Positions 17,030-25,577 of a stretch of 64,000 bases of DNA are shown piece after piece. The notes under the pieces were generated by a model, which saw nothing but the letters and a program-made list of their open reading frames with translations, was not told where the DNA came from and ran no database searches. This DNA is from a virus. The translations under genes were made by a program, and so were the position numbers. The stretch spans positions 32,979 to 96,978 of IMG/VR virus record IMGVR_UViG_3300042305_000730; one strand, written 5' to 3'. The first letter of the stretch is position 1, and each line of letters starts with the position of its first letter.

Positions 17030-17491
17030 TTACCAAGATGATTGGTAATGGAAATCCCAACTGTGATCCATTGTAAGGCAATTTTCCAAAATAGCAACTG
17101 TGTCCTCAAGATCACTGAAGTACAACTCATCGTAGTTAGTTGAGCCGAAAAAGAAACCTTCTTGATTCGGGAGCAATTCTTCTGCTTTTGAGTGATCGGC
17201 AAGAACCTGTTTACACAAGTCAAGCAGTTCAGTCAATGTTTCCCTGCTCACATAACTCTCACGGCAGTCATCCTCGCCATCTTGACAATTCTCAACGAAG
17301 TACTTGTGGATTTGGTTTGACTTGCGCCATTGACCGACTTTCATTTCAACAGAAATGCTTGGGCTGTCCTTAACTAGGTGTTTGGAATCATCGCCAAGTG
17401 CCTCTTTCAGCATGGTGTAAACACCAGCCTTGCTAAAGACGTTGCTTTCGGATGTGTATTGCTTTGCGTGTAGGTACATATCTAATCCCAT
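17030..17491 (-). CDS. conserved phage protein (MGLDMYL...WRKxNxIH...YQSSW type)
   Basis: Recognisable phage family pattern; SD AAGGAG. Confidence 0.75.
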   Translation of the reverse strand: MGLDMYLHAKQYTSESNVFSKAGVYTMLKEALGDDSKHLVKDSPSISVEMKVGQWRKSNQIHKYFVENCQDGEDDCRESYVSRETLTELLDLCKQVLADHSKAEELLPNQEGFFFGSTNYDELYFSDLEDTVAILENCLTMDHSWDFHYQSSW

Positions 17492-17605
17492 GACTATCTC
17501 CTTTGTTGGTTGTGATTAATACATTACAGGGTTTTGGTTGAAACTACTCCCATAGGAGCCACATTACAAGAATTGTTCCGGCAATGCACACAAATAATGC
17601 CAGTG

Positions 17606-17773
17606 TCATTGTTCGCCTCCACAACGGCAATTGCCATTACATGAAGCGAATTGTGTTTGCAGGCTGTCGTAACCATTCTCAGCGCACTTGACGCACCTCC
17701 ATACATCCGAAGGTAGATCGGGTGCTGGACGAAAGTCGTGGTTACATAGGATCACCGCTGTTGGTACGTTCAT
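17606..17773 (-). CDS. small Cys-rich protein
   Basis: MNVPTAVILCNH...CVKC...CNGNCRC; ATGA overlap. Confidence 0.5.
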   Translation of the reverse strand: MNVPTAVILCNHDFRPAPDLPSDVWRCVKCAENGYDSLQTQFASCNGNCRCGGEQ

Positions 17774-17973
17774 TGTGTCGCTCCCTTGATGAACTCTTGT
17801 GCTTTGCTTTCGGACACTTCTTCTGCGTCCCACGCAACATCAAATCCAGCGTCCTGACTGTACGTTGGTTGTTCAGGATTGCCCCAATTATCCATTGCTT
17901 CTTCTTTGCTGTTGGCTTCAACTAAAAACTCATGCTCAATGCTTTGTGAAACCTTCACAATGTAGTAACTCAT
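17770..17973 (-). CDS. small acidic protein
   Basis: VEANSKEEA motif common in phage early proteins. Confidence 0.65.
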   Translation of the reverse strand: MSYYIVKVSQSIEHEFLVEANSKEEAMDNWGNPEQPTYSQDAGFDVAWDAEEVSESKAQEFIKGATQ

Positions 17974-18233
17974 GATACGTACTCCAGTTCATAAGCCTTG
18001 ACAACGAAATCTTCGTGACTTGTGGACATATACAGGTTCATCAAACCTTTCAGTTCATCTTCGCCACCTTCGCAGTAGAAGAAGATCCTGTCATCCCGTT
18101 GTCCGAGCGAATCAAAGTCTTCATTAATTTCGGGATCGTATTCTCCAAATGAGATGTATTGCTGTTCTTCAATTCCGGAGTCGTACCACTGAATGATGCA
18201 GTGCGCTCCTACTGGCTTGGTGTTATTGGACAT
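17970..18233 (-). CDS. acidic hypothetical protein
   Basis: Start re-called at MSNNTK after GGGAGG. Confidence 0.65.
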   Translation of the reverse strand: MSNNTKPVGAHCIIQWYDSGIEEQQYISFGEYDPEINEDFDSLGQRDDRIFFYCEGGEDELKGLMNLYMSTSHEDFVVKAYELEYVS

Positions 18234-18399
18234 TGTCTTCCTCCCAATCAAGTAATGCGTAAGCCCATGCGTTGCAATCGGTGCATGGGCATTTTGGTTC
18301 ATGTCCTTCAGGTTGCTGTGGTTGTGGTGTCATGACCAACATTGTAGACACATCGGAATGGACATTACAACCTCCTTCCAAACATTATTTTGTAAACAC

Positions 18400-18497
18400 A
18401 AAAGCCCCACACCCTGAAAGGATAAGGGAGTGTGGGGCTATGCCTACCAACCACAGTAGGTTTGTGCTTTGCATCTGCTCCGTCTAGCGAAACAGAT
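18400..18497 (-). ncRNA. candidate small RNA (three hairpins, the last a terminator)
   Basis: TTGGTC-N18-TAGATT at 18529-18500, no ORF, ends in AGCCCCACAC...GTGTGGGGCT-TTTG. Confidence 0.4.
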
Positions 18498-18509
18498 CAA
18501 ATCTATGCA

Positions 18510-18941
18510 CTACTTGTGACTACGACCAAGTGCCGTGACCGCAGTTTGTACTGCAATGAAGATGTTGTGAGATGTGCCCAAGACTTGTGTTGGTTCTAAT
18601 GGATCAACAATCTCAAACCACGGGTTCTCTAAATACTTAAACTTCTTCTTGTCTCCAACTAGTTCATCCAACTGTGCATCTGTAGTGATTCCCCACTGCC
18701 ACAAATCTGCTTGATCAACCACTTCAATAGTTTCCTTCGCACGGATTTGCAAGCGAAGAATGCCTGCTACCCGAACTACATAACTGCGGTGCAGGTTGTA
18801 AATGTAGGCGACAGTTTTGTTATCTGAACCTACATACCATTCTGCGCCAGTTTGCTCAGTGTTCGGAGCAACATTCCATGTAACCATTGGCAAGGACATT
18901 ACAGAAGTATTTGTGAAGTTAATGTCTCCAGTAGATTTCAT
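18510..18941 (-). CDS. hypothetical protein
   Basis: 143 aa ORF, ...ENPWFEI motif. Confidence 0.65.
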   Translation of the reverse strand: MKSTGDINFTNTSVMSLPMVTWNVAPNTEQTGAEWYVGSDNKTVAYIYNLHRSYVVRVAGILRLQIRAKETIEVVDQADLWQWGITTDAQLDELVGDKKKFKYLENPWFEIVDPLEPTQVLGTSHNIFIAVQTAVTALGRSHK

Positions 18942-19108
18942 ATACGGTTACCTCGCATCTCTGTCCAACTAAAATGGTTTTCTTCATCTTTTGGATCAAG
19001 TCCCATTTGTGAACACCATTCTGCATAGGTTGCATTGTCATTAAAAATCTTGATAGACGGCTTAATGCGGGGCGCAATTTGCCCTTCAGAATCAGAAATA
19101 TTAGTCAT
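18938..19108 (-). CDS. small hypothetical protein (56 aa)
   Basis: Hand-translated MTNISDSEG...RGNRI; ATGA overlap. Confidence 0.5.
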   Translation of the reverse strand: MTNISDSEGQIAPRIKPSIKIFNDNATYAEWCSQMGLDPKDEENHFSWTEMRGNRI

Positions 19109-19117
19109 AGTAAGCAC

Positions 19118-19288
19118 CTACCCGAATACAGCATCTCGGTAGATTTCTTCCATGTCTTCTTCTTCCTCTTCATCCTCTGACTCATTTGGTTCCACATCTT
19201 CGGGATCTGTTTCATCCCTAATCTCACCAGCGGTACGAGCCTCATCAGCCATTTCCCACTCAATACCACTGTCAAAGTAGTGTTTCAC
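19118..19288 (-). CDS. very acidic small protein (56 aa)
   Basis: GTGA overlap; ...PNESEDEEEEEDMEEIY... Confidence 0.5.
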   Translation of the reverse strand: MKHYFDSGIEWEMADEARTAGEIRDETDPEDVEPNESEDEEEEEDMEEIYRDAVFG

Positions 19289-19602
19289 AGTCCATCCTCA
19301 TATTCATCACTGTATTTATCTACTTGCAGTGCAACAGAGCCATTATGTGGCAACTCGGTAACAAAGTAACCAATGCGATTGACATACGCACGACCACTGA
19401 TAATCCAAGTTCCTTCATCTCCGTCTACCCATGTCCAAACATTTGCATCTGATTGGGCATAGACGAAGTCAAACTCTTCGCCGTAGGTCTCAAACATTGT
19501 GCCATTCCAACTGCTGTTTGGATCAATGTGGTTGTTGATTGGTTTGTAAACGCTTTCCCAATCATCTACTGCTTGACTCATTTCCTCTGTTACTTCAGAC
19601 AT
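19285..19602 (-). CDS. hypothetical protein
   Basis: MFETYGEE...VWTWVDGD...VNRIGYFVTE; SD GAAAGGA. Confidence 0.7.
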   Translation of the reverse strand: MSEVTEEMSQAVDDWESVYKPINNHIDPNSSWNGTMFETYGEEFDFVYAQSDANVWTWVDGDEGTWIISGRAYVNRIGYFVTELPHNGSVALQVDKYSDEYEDGL

Positions 19603-19631
19603 TACAAACTTTCCTTTCGTTTTGGTTGTGG

Positions 19632-19916
19632 TTAGGAGGCTATCGTGCCGAGATCGGATTCAACAACCCCAGTTTCAATCCATTCTAAGTCAATGCTGTA
19701 CAAGAAGACAATATGACCTTCGGGCGCACGAAACTTCACATGCACACCACATCGTGATGCGTCATCATCTACAACATCAACTAAGTCTTCGTCTACCCAA
19801 CCTAAATACTTCATTTGCAAAACCTCTTCAGGGCTGTAGTAAGAAGTCGTGTTAATGGCTGGTATCAACAACATCTCTTCAACTAAGTCTTTACGAACTA
19901 CGTAGTAACCGCTCAT
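19632..19916 (-). CDS. hypothetical protein
   Basis: ORF with SD. Confidence 0.6.
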   Translation of the reverse strand: MSGYYVVRKDLVEEMLLIPAINTTSYYSPEEVLQMKYLGWVDEDLVDVVDDDASRCGVHVKFRAPEGHIVFLYSIDLEWIETGVVESDLGTIAS

Positions 19917-19918
19917 TG

Positions 19919-20101
19919 CTATTGTCCTTCCATTTCAATAAGTGTTTCCATAACTTCCCAACCAAGTTCTATTGAACGGTCGTGCAGTCCTTTGGCGATT
20001 GTGTCTAGCGTCTCTTCACATTTCTCTTGTGACCAGTCAGGGCGCAACGATTGAACATCTTGCCATGACCACCTGATTACTACCATTTCATCTTCATTCA
20101 T
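19919..20101 (-). CDS. hypothetical protein
   Basis: WSWQDVQSLRPDW...GWEV; SD AAGGAG. Confidence 0.65.
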   Translation of the reverse strand: MNEDEMVVIRWSWQDVQSLRPDWSQEKCEETLDTIAKGLHDRSIELGWEVMETLIEMEGQ

Positions 20102-20226
20102 TGCTGTTCTCCTTTGATTGTGTCAATGACTATCCTGCAAACTTGGTCTAAAACTTCTTCAGACATTCCATCAAAATAACAAAGTAAGTTTTCTTGTAAT
20201 TGTTCTGTAAGAGTTATCACATCCAT
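20098..20226 (-). CDS. small hypothetical protein (42 aa)
   Basis: Shares the identical RBS/start AAGGAGAACAGCAATG with the next gene. Confidence 0.5.
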   Translation of the reverse strand: MDVITLTEQLQENLLCYFDGMSEEVLDQVCRIVIDTIKGEQQ

Positions 20227-20290
20227 TGCTGTTCTCCTTCGTTGGTTGATGTTTGGAACAGTACCGACAACCAGTAACCATTACAACCTT

Positions 20291-20740
20291 TTATTTAGAT
20301 TTTTCTCCAGCCTTGCCACGCACAGCCTTTTGTAAGAATCCGTGCTTCCTTGCAAGCATGACCCTCTTCGCTGATGTGCTCTTAGAGATCTTGAAGGCTT
20401 TAGCAATATTTGGAATTGGTGGTACACCGTAGTTACAGGACTCTTTATAGATTCGGGCAACTTCTTGCAACACATTCTCTGATAAAGCAGAGCCCCTGTA
20501 AGAGCCACTCTCTTCAGTAGTCAATACTGGCTTGTCCGTTACATTCTTCCTAGCATTTTTGACAAACTGCACAAGTGGAACTTTTCGGTATGTTTCAATT
20601 GTTATTGGTGAACCGTCCAATGAGGTGATGCTGACATAACTAAACACCAAGTGATCAGCCATCTTGTCTAAGCCGACAGTGACTTCATATTCAGTTTTAG
20701 AAATGGGATCTTTCCAAACTTCAGTGTGTAACTTCCTCAT
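20291..20740 (-). CDS. HTH DNA-binding protein (DUF6214-like)
   Basis: VARIY...IAKAFKISKSTSAKRVMLARKHGFL. Confidence 0.6.
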   Translation of the reverse strand: MRKLHTEVWKDPISKTEYEVTVGLDKMADHLVFSYVSITSLDGSPITIETYRKVPLVQFVKNARKNVTDKPVLTTEESGSYRGSALSENVLQEVARIYKESCNYGVPPIPNIAKAFKISKSTSAKRVMLARKHGFLQKAVRGKAGEKSK

Positions 20741-21015
20741 GCAACCTTCTCTCTACGCAGGTTCCTACGCCCTCGGTTGGTAGTCCCACCCCAAATACCA
20801 ACTGCATGATTGTCTAACGCATATTGCAGACAACTTTGCTTTACTGAGCAGACATTACAGAAGTTTTCAATGACTGCTTTGTAATTGTGTGTGGAGCCAA
20901 ACTCAATAAAGAAGTTATTGACATCGGAGCCAACGCAAGCCCCAAGTTTCATCCATTTGGGATCTTCACGAAGAACTTCTCTGTAGTTGTGTCCACCATC
21001 AATCAAATCCGTCAT
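20737..21015 (-). CDS. whiB: WhiB-family transcription factor
   Basis: W...GAC...FF...CNVCSVKQSCLQYAL...GIWGGT; start re-called after GGAGG. Confidence 0.9.
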   Translation of the reverse strand: MTDLIDGGHNYREVLREDPKWMKLGACVGSDVNNFFIEFGSTHNYKAVIENFCNVCSVKQSCLQYALDNHAVGIWGGTTNRGRRNLRREKVA

Positions 21016-21344
21016 TGTGCTTCCTCCATCTGCCAAAACCCAAACAATGCTCCGTCTGAGTCTGACGCACCAAACGTGCAACCTTCGGGAGAGATTGCAT
21101 CCATCACGTTGTATAGGTGCTGAAGCAAAAATGATTCTTGCTCATAATCCCGTTCCGCATTTGGATTGATCATATTGAAAAGAACATCTTCCCAATCTTC
21201 TAAAATTGAATCCTTGATTTTGTTATCGTGCTCACCAATTACTGAGAGGAATACTTTTGCCAAATCCTCGTTACGGAGTGTTCCCTCACTAACAACTTGG
21301 TTTACCCAAGTGTCTGCAAGAGGTTGGATATTCTCATACGACAT
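21012..21344 (-). CDS. hypothetical protein
   Basis: SEGTLRNEDL...PEGCTFGA...DGALFGFW; start re-called at MSYENI. Confidence 0.7.
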   Translation of the reverse strand: MSYENIQPLADTWVNQVVSEGTLRNEDLAKVFLSVIGEHDNKIKDSILEDWEDVLFNMINPNAERDYEQESFLLQHLYNVMDAISPEGCTFGASDSDGALFGFWQMEEAQ

Positions 21345-21400
21345 TTGTTGCTCCTTTGGTAGGAGCATCACATTAGTGGTTGCGAATGGGTTCGGCAACC

Positions 21401-21559
21401 CTATTCTGAAATATTTTCTATTTCTTTTGCTGTGTAAAGTGGCAACACTTTATTCATGTGGGCACACTTGTGAGTTGGATTTTCAGACAAGTTAATAAAC
21501 ACCGTCACTTGCTCTGAGCAATGTGGACACATATACTTTGTCCCTGATTTTGAGGGCAT
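21401..21559 (-). CDS. small zinc-binding protein
   Basis: MPSKSGTKYMCPHC...PTHKC after AAGGAG. Confidence 0.55.
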   Translation of the reverse strand: MPSKSGTKYMCPHCSEQVTVFINLSENPTHKCAHMNKVLPLYTAKEIENISE

Positions 21560-21569
21560 TACAAACTCC

Positions 21570-22097
21570 TTAGTTCTGTGGATTCCACGGGCTCCAGCCT
21601 GCCACATCGTACAATAATTTACCAGCAACCAAGTTAGTTTTTGCATCCAGTAGTGGTTCTTGTGTGCAAATACCCATTTCTTTACAAATCAAACCTGCAT
21701 AATATTTGTGATCGGGTTTCCAATGGACTCCATTCAATTGGAGCAAACCACTGTCTGATCTATGAGACCAATCAGATACACCCGTGACATTACAGGCTTT
21801 GTCCACGATGTCTCCGCCTATGCGGTTCGGGCATCCACCTGATTCTCGGAGGATAATGTGACCCAACTTTTCCCATGTGTCGGGAGCCCATCCTGCCTCC
21901 GAAGCCAAGCGTGGGAGCCAACTAATATCACCATGGGCATACACAATTGGAACAGGCTTATCTAACTGATCCACTGGTACGTAACTTACTTTTACTTTGG
22001 AACTTTGCTCTGAGGAAACTGTTGGTGCTACCGCTATTACTGTTGCCATTACTAGATTTGCAATTAGTGTAGTGAGTGTCGCCGTAAGTTTGATCAT
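21570..22097 (-). CDS. secreted lytic transglycosylase (SLT/lysozyme-like)
   Basis: Hydrophobic N-terminus; IILRESGG, DSGLLQLN, LLDAKTNL, GWSPW. Confidence 0.75.
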   Translation of the reverse strand: MIKLTATLTTLIANLVMATVIAVAPTVSSEQSSKVKVSYVPVDQLDKPVPIVYAHGDISWLPRLASEAGWAPDTWEKLGHIILRESGGCPNRIGGDIVDKACNVTGVSDWSHRSDSGLLQLNGVHWKPDHKYYAGLICKEMGICTQEPLLDAKTNLVAGKLLYDVAGWSPWNPQN

Positions 22098-22120
22098 CCA
22101 TCATCCTTTGTTCGGGTAAT

Positions 22121-22143
22121 AAAAAAGCCCCATCACTGGGGCG
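22121..22143 (-). terminator. probable intrinsic terminator
   Basis: GCCCCA..TGGGGC stem with T-run on -. Confidence 0.55.
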
Positions 22144-22180
22144 GTTGTTCCTATTGGGAACACCTATAGTTTACCTCAAA

Positions 22181-22591
22181 TTAGGCTCTCAGCAACCTCT
22201 GTAGCATAATTTTTAGATCTCCCAAGTCCTTACTGCTCTTGGGAATTACGCTGATGTCAATATTTTTATTTATATTGTTGTGTGCATCAACACATTCGGA
22301 GCAATTACAACCTTGTCTGTATCGTGTAACAGTTCCATGTGCTGCAAAGTTTGTAACCTTATTTACCTTCTGTAACGGCGTTCTTTCTTGTGGTGTTAAA
22401 CCACCCCACATACCGTAAGTTTCATTTATTCCTATTTCTTTGCATTCTTTCCAAACTGGACAGACATTACAGACATTTTTAGCAATCGCGTAATACAGTT
22501 CAGGGTTGGGAGCATCAAATGGAGGAAACCATATATCTCCCGCACGATTTTTACATGCGGATTCGGACATCCAATCGGGAGGGGTTTTCAT
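22181..22591 (-). CDS. whiB: WhiB-family transcription factor with C-terminal HGT..Y..GCxCxxC finger
   Basis: W...AC...WFP...CNVCPVWKEC...GMWGGLTPQER. Confidence 0.9.
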   Translation of the reverse strand: MKTPPDWMSESACKNRAGDIWFPPFDAPNPELYYAIAKNVCNVCPVWKECKEIGINETYGMWGGLTPQERTPLQKVNKVTNFAAHGTVTRYRQGCNCSECVDAHNNINKNIDISVIPKSSKDLGDLKIMLQRLLRA

Positions 22592-23022
22592 GCAATATCT
22601 TCATCAGACTCTACCCATGTAGTGAGGTCATCAAGCATGTAAAAAACTGGTATTCCTATACGCTCTGCTTCTTCTACTTCATCTATTGTCCCCGTAGAAC
22701 TTTCGGAATCGTAAACCAAAACAGCATCACAACGTTTCAATACTTGGAAGCAATACTCATTCCAATGCTCTGCACTGTGTTGGTGACGTTGTTGCCAGTA
22801 GTAAGTTAGGCTCGGAATAACAGGAAGACATACGCCCGTGGTGTACAACTCTTCCGCCATGTCAATTGCTGCGTTGCAATTTTCCTCAAAGTCCTCATAC
22901 ACATATGGGCCAGCAATGTACACGTGCGGTAATACCACGTGGGCAAGTGATCTTAGAAACTCTTTGTTCACACCTTCTGCCACTATGTCTTCGGAGTAGT
23001 TTCTCAAATGGAAGCCTTTCAC
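22588..23022 (-). CDS. nucleoside 2-deoxyribosyltransferase-like (DUF4406/DUF1937-like) protein
   Basis: VYIAGPY...LKRCDAV...STGTIDEVEEA...IPVF. Confidence 0.7.
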   Translation of the reverse strand: MKGFHLRNYSEDIVAEGVNKEFLRSLAHVVLPHVYIAGPYVYEDFEENCNAAIDMAEELYTTGVCLPVIPSLTYYWQQRHQHSAEHWNEYCFQVLKRCDAVLVYDSESSTGTIDEVEEAERIGIPVFYMLDDLTTWVESDEDIA

Positions 23023-23097
23023 TCTAATTCCTATTCATATTAGAGCGAGCGACCAAATAAAAGCAAGCAAGTAAGATAACTATGAATCCCTTTGGCA

Positions 23098-23319
23098 TTA
23101 GTTTTCTCTCTTCCAGCGCATACCATTGCGGAAATACACAGTGGCGTAGCAGACAGCCATAAAGATAAACCCATATTGTTTGGTTTGTAGGGCAAACAAT
23201 ACCCAAAGTATTTCATTGGCTGTAAGGAAGAAAAAAGCAGTGGCTTGTTTCTTGCCCACGTACCACATACCAGTAACACCAAATATAGCCAATAGCCATG
23301 ACCACGCCTGATTGCTCAT
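23098..23319 (-). CDS. PnuC-like small membrane protein
   Basis: About three hydrophobic helices, WSW...G...GKK...W...QYG...W pattern. Confidence 0.55.
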   Translation of the reverse strand: MSNQAWSWLLAIFGVTGMWYVGKKQATAFFFLTANEILWVLFALQTKQYGFIFMAVCYATVYFRNGMRWKREN

Positions 23320-23363
23320 ATTGTACTCCTGTTGTTGAACGACTTAGTCCAACACTACTACAA

Positions 23364-23606
23364 CTATTTAGTTGTGGTATTCCAGTTGTACACGGCTTGG
23401 TGAAGAACGCCCAAAACATCGTCAGGGTTCTCGTCTTCGTTCTCTAAGGCTTGGCAGTAACTATTAGCCGCTTTGATGATGTTTTCAGCACTGGCGAGTT
23501 TCTTGGCAAAAGAATCAACCAATTGACGCAATGCCTGCTTGTCATCGTATGCACGAGCAAGAGATACCTGTAAGTCTTGGATTACTGCAAACTCAAATGA
23601 TTCCAT
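23364..23606 (-). CDS. coiled-coil hypothetical protein
   Basis: SD GAGG. Confidence 0.6.
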   Translation of the reverse strand: MESFEFAVIQDLQVSLARAYDDKQALRQLVDSFAKKLASAENIIKAANSYCQALENEDENPDDVLGVLHQAVYNWNTTTK

Positions 23607-23658
23607 AAAACCTCACTTCATAGGTTATATACCAGCGTACAGCCTATGAATGGGCTTG

Positions 23659-25095
23659 TCAAGTGTCTTCAGACAAATCTAGGACATCTTGGTACATGGT
23701 GTTGGCTTGCTGGGGATTTAAGCCACCACTAGCCAGTTGCCTAGACACATCACCAGCATTTTGCCCAAACAAGCGACTGAGTACGCCACTGCTACCTCTG
23801 GCTTCTACTTCCAAGCGAACCATGTCCCTAGTGTCACTTATGTCCTTGAACTTTTCAACAAGGTTAAACAGACGCTCCACTTCTCCTGAAAGTGCTGGGT
23901 CAAGACCCTGTCCTTCTAGTTCTTCAGCGAAGCGAGCGAAGAGTACACGACTTACTTGCATCTCCAATAATGCCCTCAATGCTGCCTGTAACTGATCCTT
24001 AGTTTTGATCTCTACAGGTAACTTAAATCCACACTCAGAATCTTGTCGGAATGCAGGACAACGTGCGCTGAGATAGCAACTATTGCATTGGCGCAAAAGT
24101 CCACTTTTATACGAGATTACAGGAACCTTTTCAACACCTAAACTTTCAATATCTTCTTCACCAGCAAGGGTTTTAGCCAATTGTGGGGTGAATTGTTCAA
24201 TACCTATGACAGGTAGCAATACTTTGTCATCTTCGTGCCGCATCTCAGCACCCCGGATAGCAATAGTTGACCCCCTCGGTGCCACATTTGGAACAGAAGC
24301 AGGATTGCTCGGATAGTTGATATCCGTGACACTTTCCGATAGACCAATTTCTTGCTCATCGTCCATTTCTTGAGGCTCATAGACCCCAAAAACAACCTTC
24401 TCCCACGCTTGCCAAGAAACAATTGCAAGCCTCGCAACCTCAGAGTTGTCATCCTGAATGATTGCATCGTAATCAATCCCTAACTTAAGGATGTCTGCTC
24501 GGTGCTTCTTTCGGGACGAATCCTTTTGTTGGGCGGGGTATCGGCGTAAGCCATGACCGTCCCAAATCTGAGTTTCCCCATACCTAACTGCTGATGTCCA
24601 TGAGCCAACAATTACCGAATCCCACGGCAACGCTGCAATAACATCGGGCTTAGAAGATAAGCCTATTAACTTGGCATCCCAACGCTGAATCAAGTTCCTA
24701 ATGCGAGAAATGGTCTTACCATTTACTGCCTTGTCACTAATTGCTGCCCTTCCATGCTTTTGGCAAAGCCAAGCAAGGCGTTCCATATCATTAGGGTCAT
24801 TCCATACAGGGATGTACCGCTCTCCCAGCCAAGTACCGTCATAATCGGGTCTCCCAATGACCATTGCAATGTTTTCGTAGTGCTGGCGCACGAAATCGTC
24901 GTATCTACTGACATCCTCATCATTTTCAGATGTGTACAGAATGATCTCTCCCGATGGGAACATTACAGACAAATCCAATTCCTTTTTCTTAGGAATGGGC
25001 AGGTGAGTAAGGTTTACAGCGTACTTCGTAACTCCCGATGCCTGTAATAACGACCTGTGGGATGCCTTTTCAGCATTGGCAAAATATACCTTCAC
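23659..25095 (-). CDS. TGT/DpdA-like TIM-barrel (divergent) fused to Cys-cluster domain
   Basis: MKVYFA...; PWDSVIVGSWTSAVRYG resembles the SxDSxSW...YG motif; CNSCYLSARCP...ECGF. Confidence 0.4.
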   Translation of the reverse strand: MKVYFANAEKASHRSLLQASGVTKYAVNLTHLPIPKKKELDLSVMFPSGEIILYTSENDEDVSRYDDFVRQHYENIAMVIGRPDYDGTWLGERYIPVWNDPNDMERLAWLCQKHGRAAISDKAVNGKTISRIRNLIQRWDAKLIGLSSKPDVIAALPWDSVIVGSWTSAVRYGETQIWDGHGLRRYPAQQKDSSRKKHRADILKLGIDYDAIIQDDNSEVARLAIVSWQAWEKVVFGVYEPQEMDDEQEIGLSESVTDINYPSNPASVPNVAPRGSTIAIRGAEMRHEDDKVLLPVIGIEQFTPQLAKTLAGEEDIESLGVEKVPVISYKSGLLRQCNSCYLSARCPAFRQDSECGFKLPVEIKTKDQLQAALRALLEMQVSRVLFARFAEELEGQGLDPALSGEVERLFNLVEKFKDISDTRDMVRLEVEARGSSGVLSRLFGQNAGDVSRQLASGGLNPQQANTMYQDVLDLSEDT

Positions 25096-25577
25096 TCATT
25101 GTCTCCCACATTTTTATATAGAGATTGAACATCTAATTCATGTGCAAGGTCTGTCCAAATCTGACGTTCTTTGGGCTTATTGTCTCGCCATTCTGGGCGA
25201 ACAAAGTTGGGAAGACACACCAACAGGCTAGGGATACCATCTTGCATAACTAACGTAACCGCTTCAGGGCTCGTATCTACATACCAGTCAATCTTGCCAT
25301 ATACCGCATTTAAGTCACGAACACGGTCACGAAAGGATGTTGAACCTGTTCCCTTGACTGTGTCTGTGAGGGCAAACTTATAACCTTCCCTCTTTGCCCA
25401 TGAGTTTAGCATGGTGGGGTCAGTATCACCACTACCTAAGATAATCATACGTCCGTGGTACCTTGCGTACAAGGCTTCGTAAAGTTTCTGACCGTCTGGA
25501 ATAGGTTGGCGAGCACCTGGAACCATTGCTTTATCTGTTGCTGCATAAGCAAGCACATCAAAAGTGACAATAAGCAT
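25092..25577 (-). CDS. HAD-like fold protein
   Basis: MLIVTFDVLA...WYVDTSP; TAATG-coupled start. Confidence 0.5.
   Translation of the reverse strand: MLIVTFDVLAYAATDKAMVPGARQPIPDGQKLYEALYARYHGRMIILGSGDTDPTMLNSWAKREGYKFALTDTVKGTGSTSFRDRVRDLNAVYGKIDWYVDTSPEAVTLVMQDGIPSLLVCLPNFVRPEWRDNKPKERQIWTDLAHELDVQSLYKNVGDNE

Noticed and set aside
17030-17491. Phosphoglycerate kinase (label sometimes attached to this family)
   Set aside because: 153 aa with no PGK motifs.
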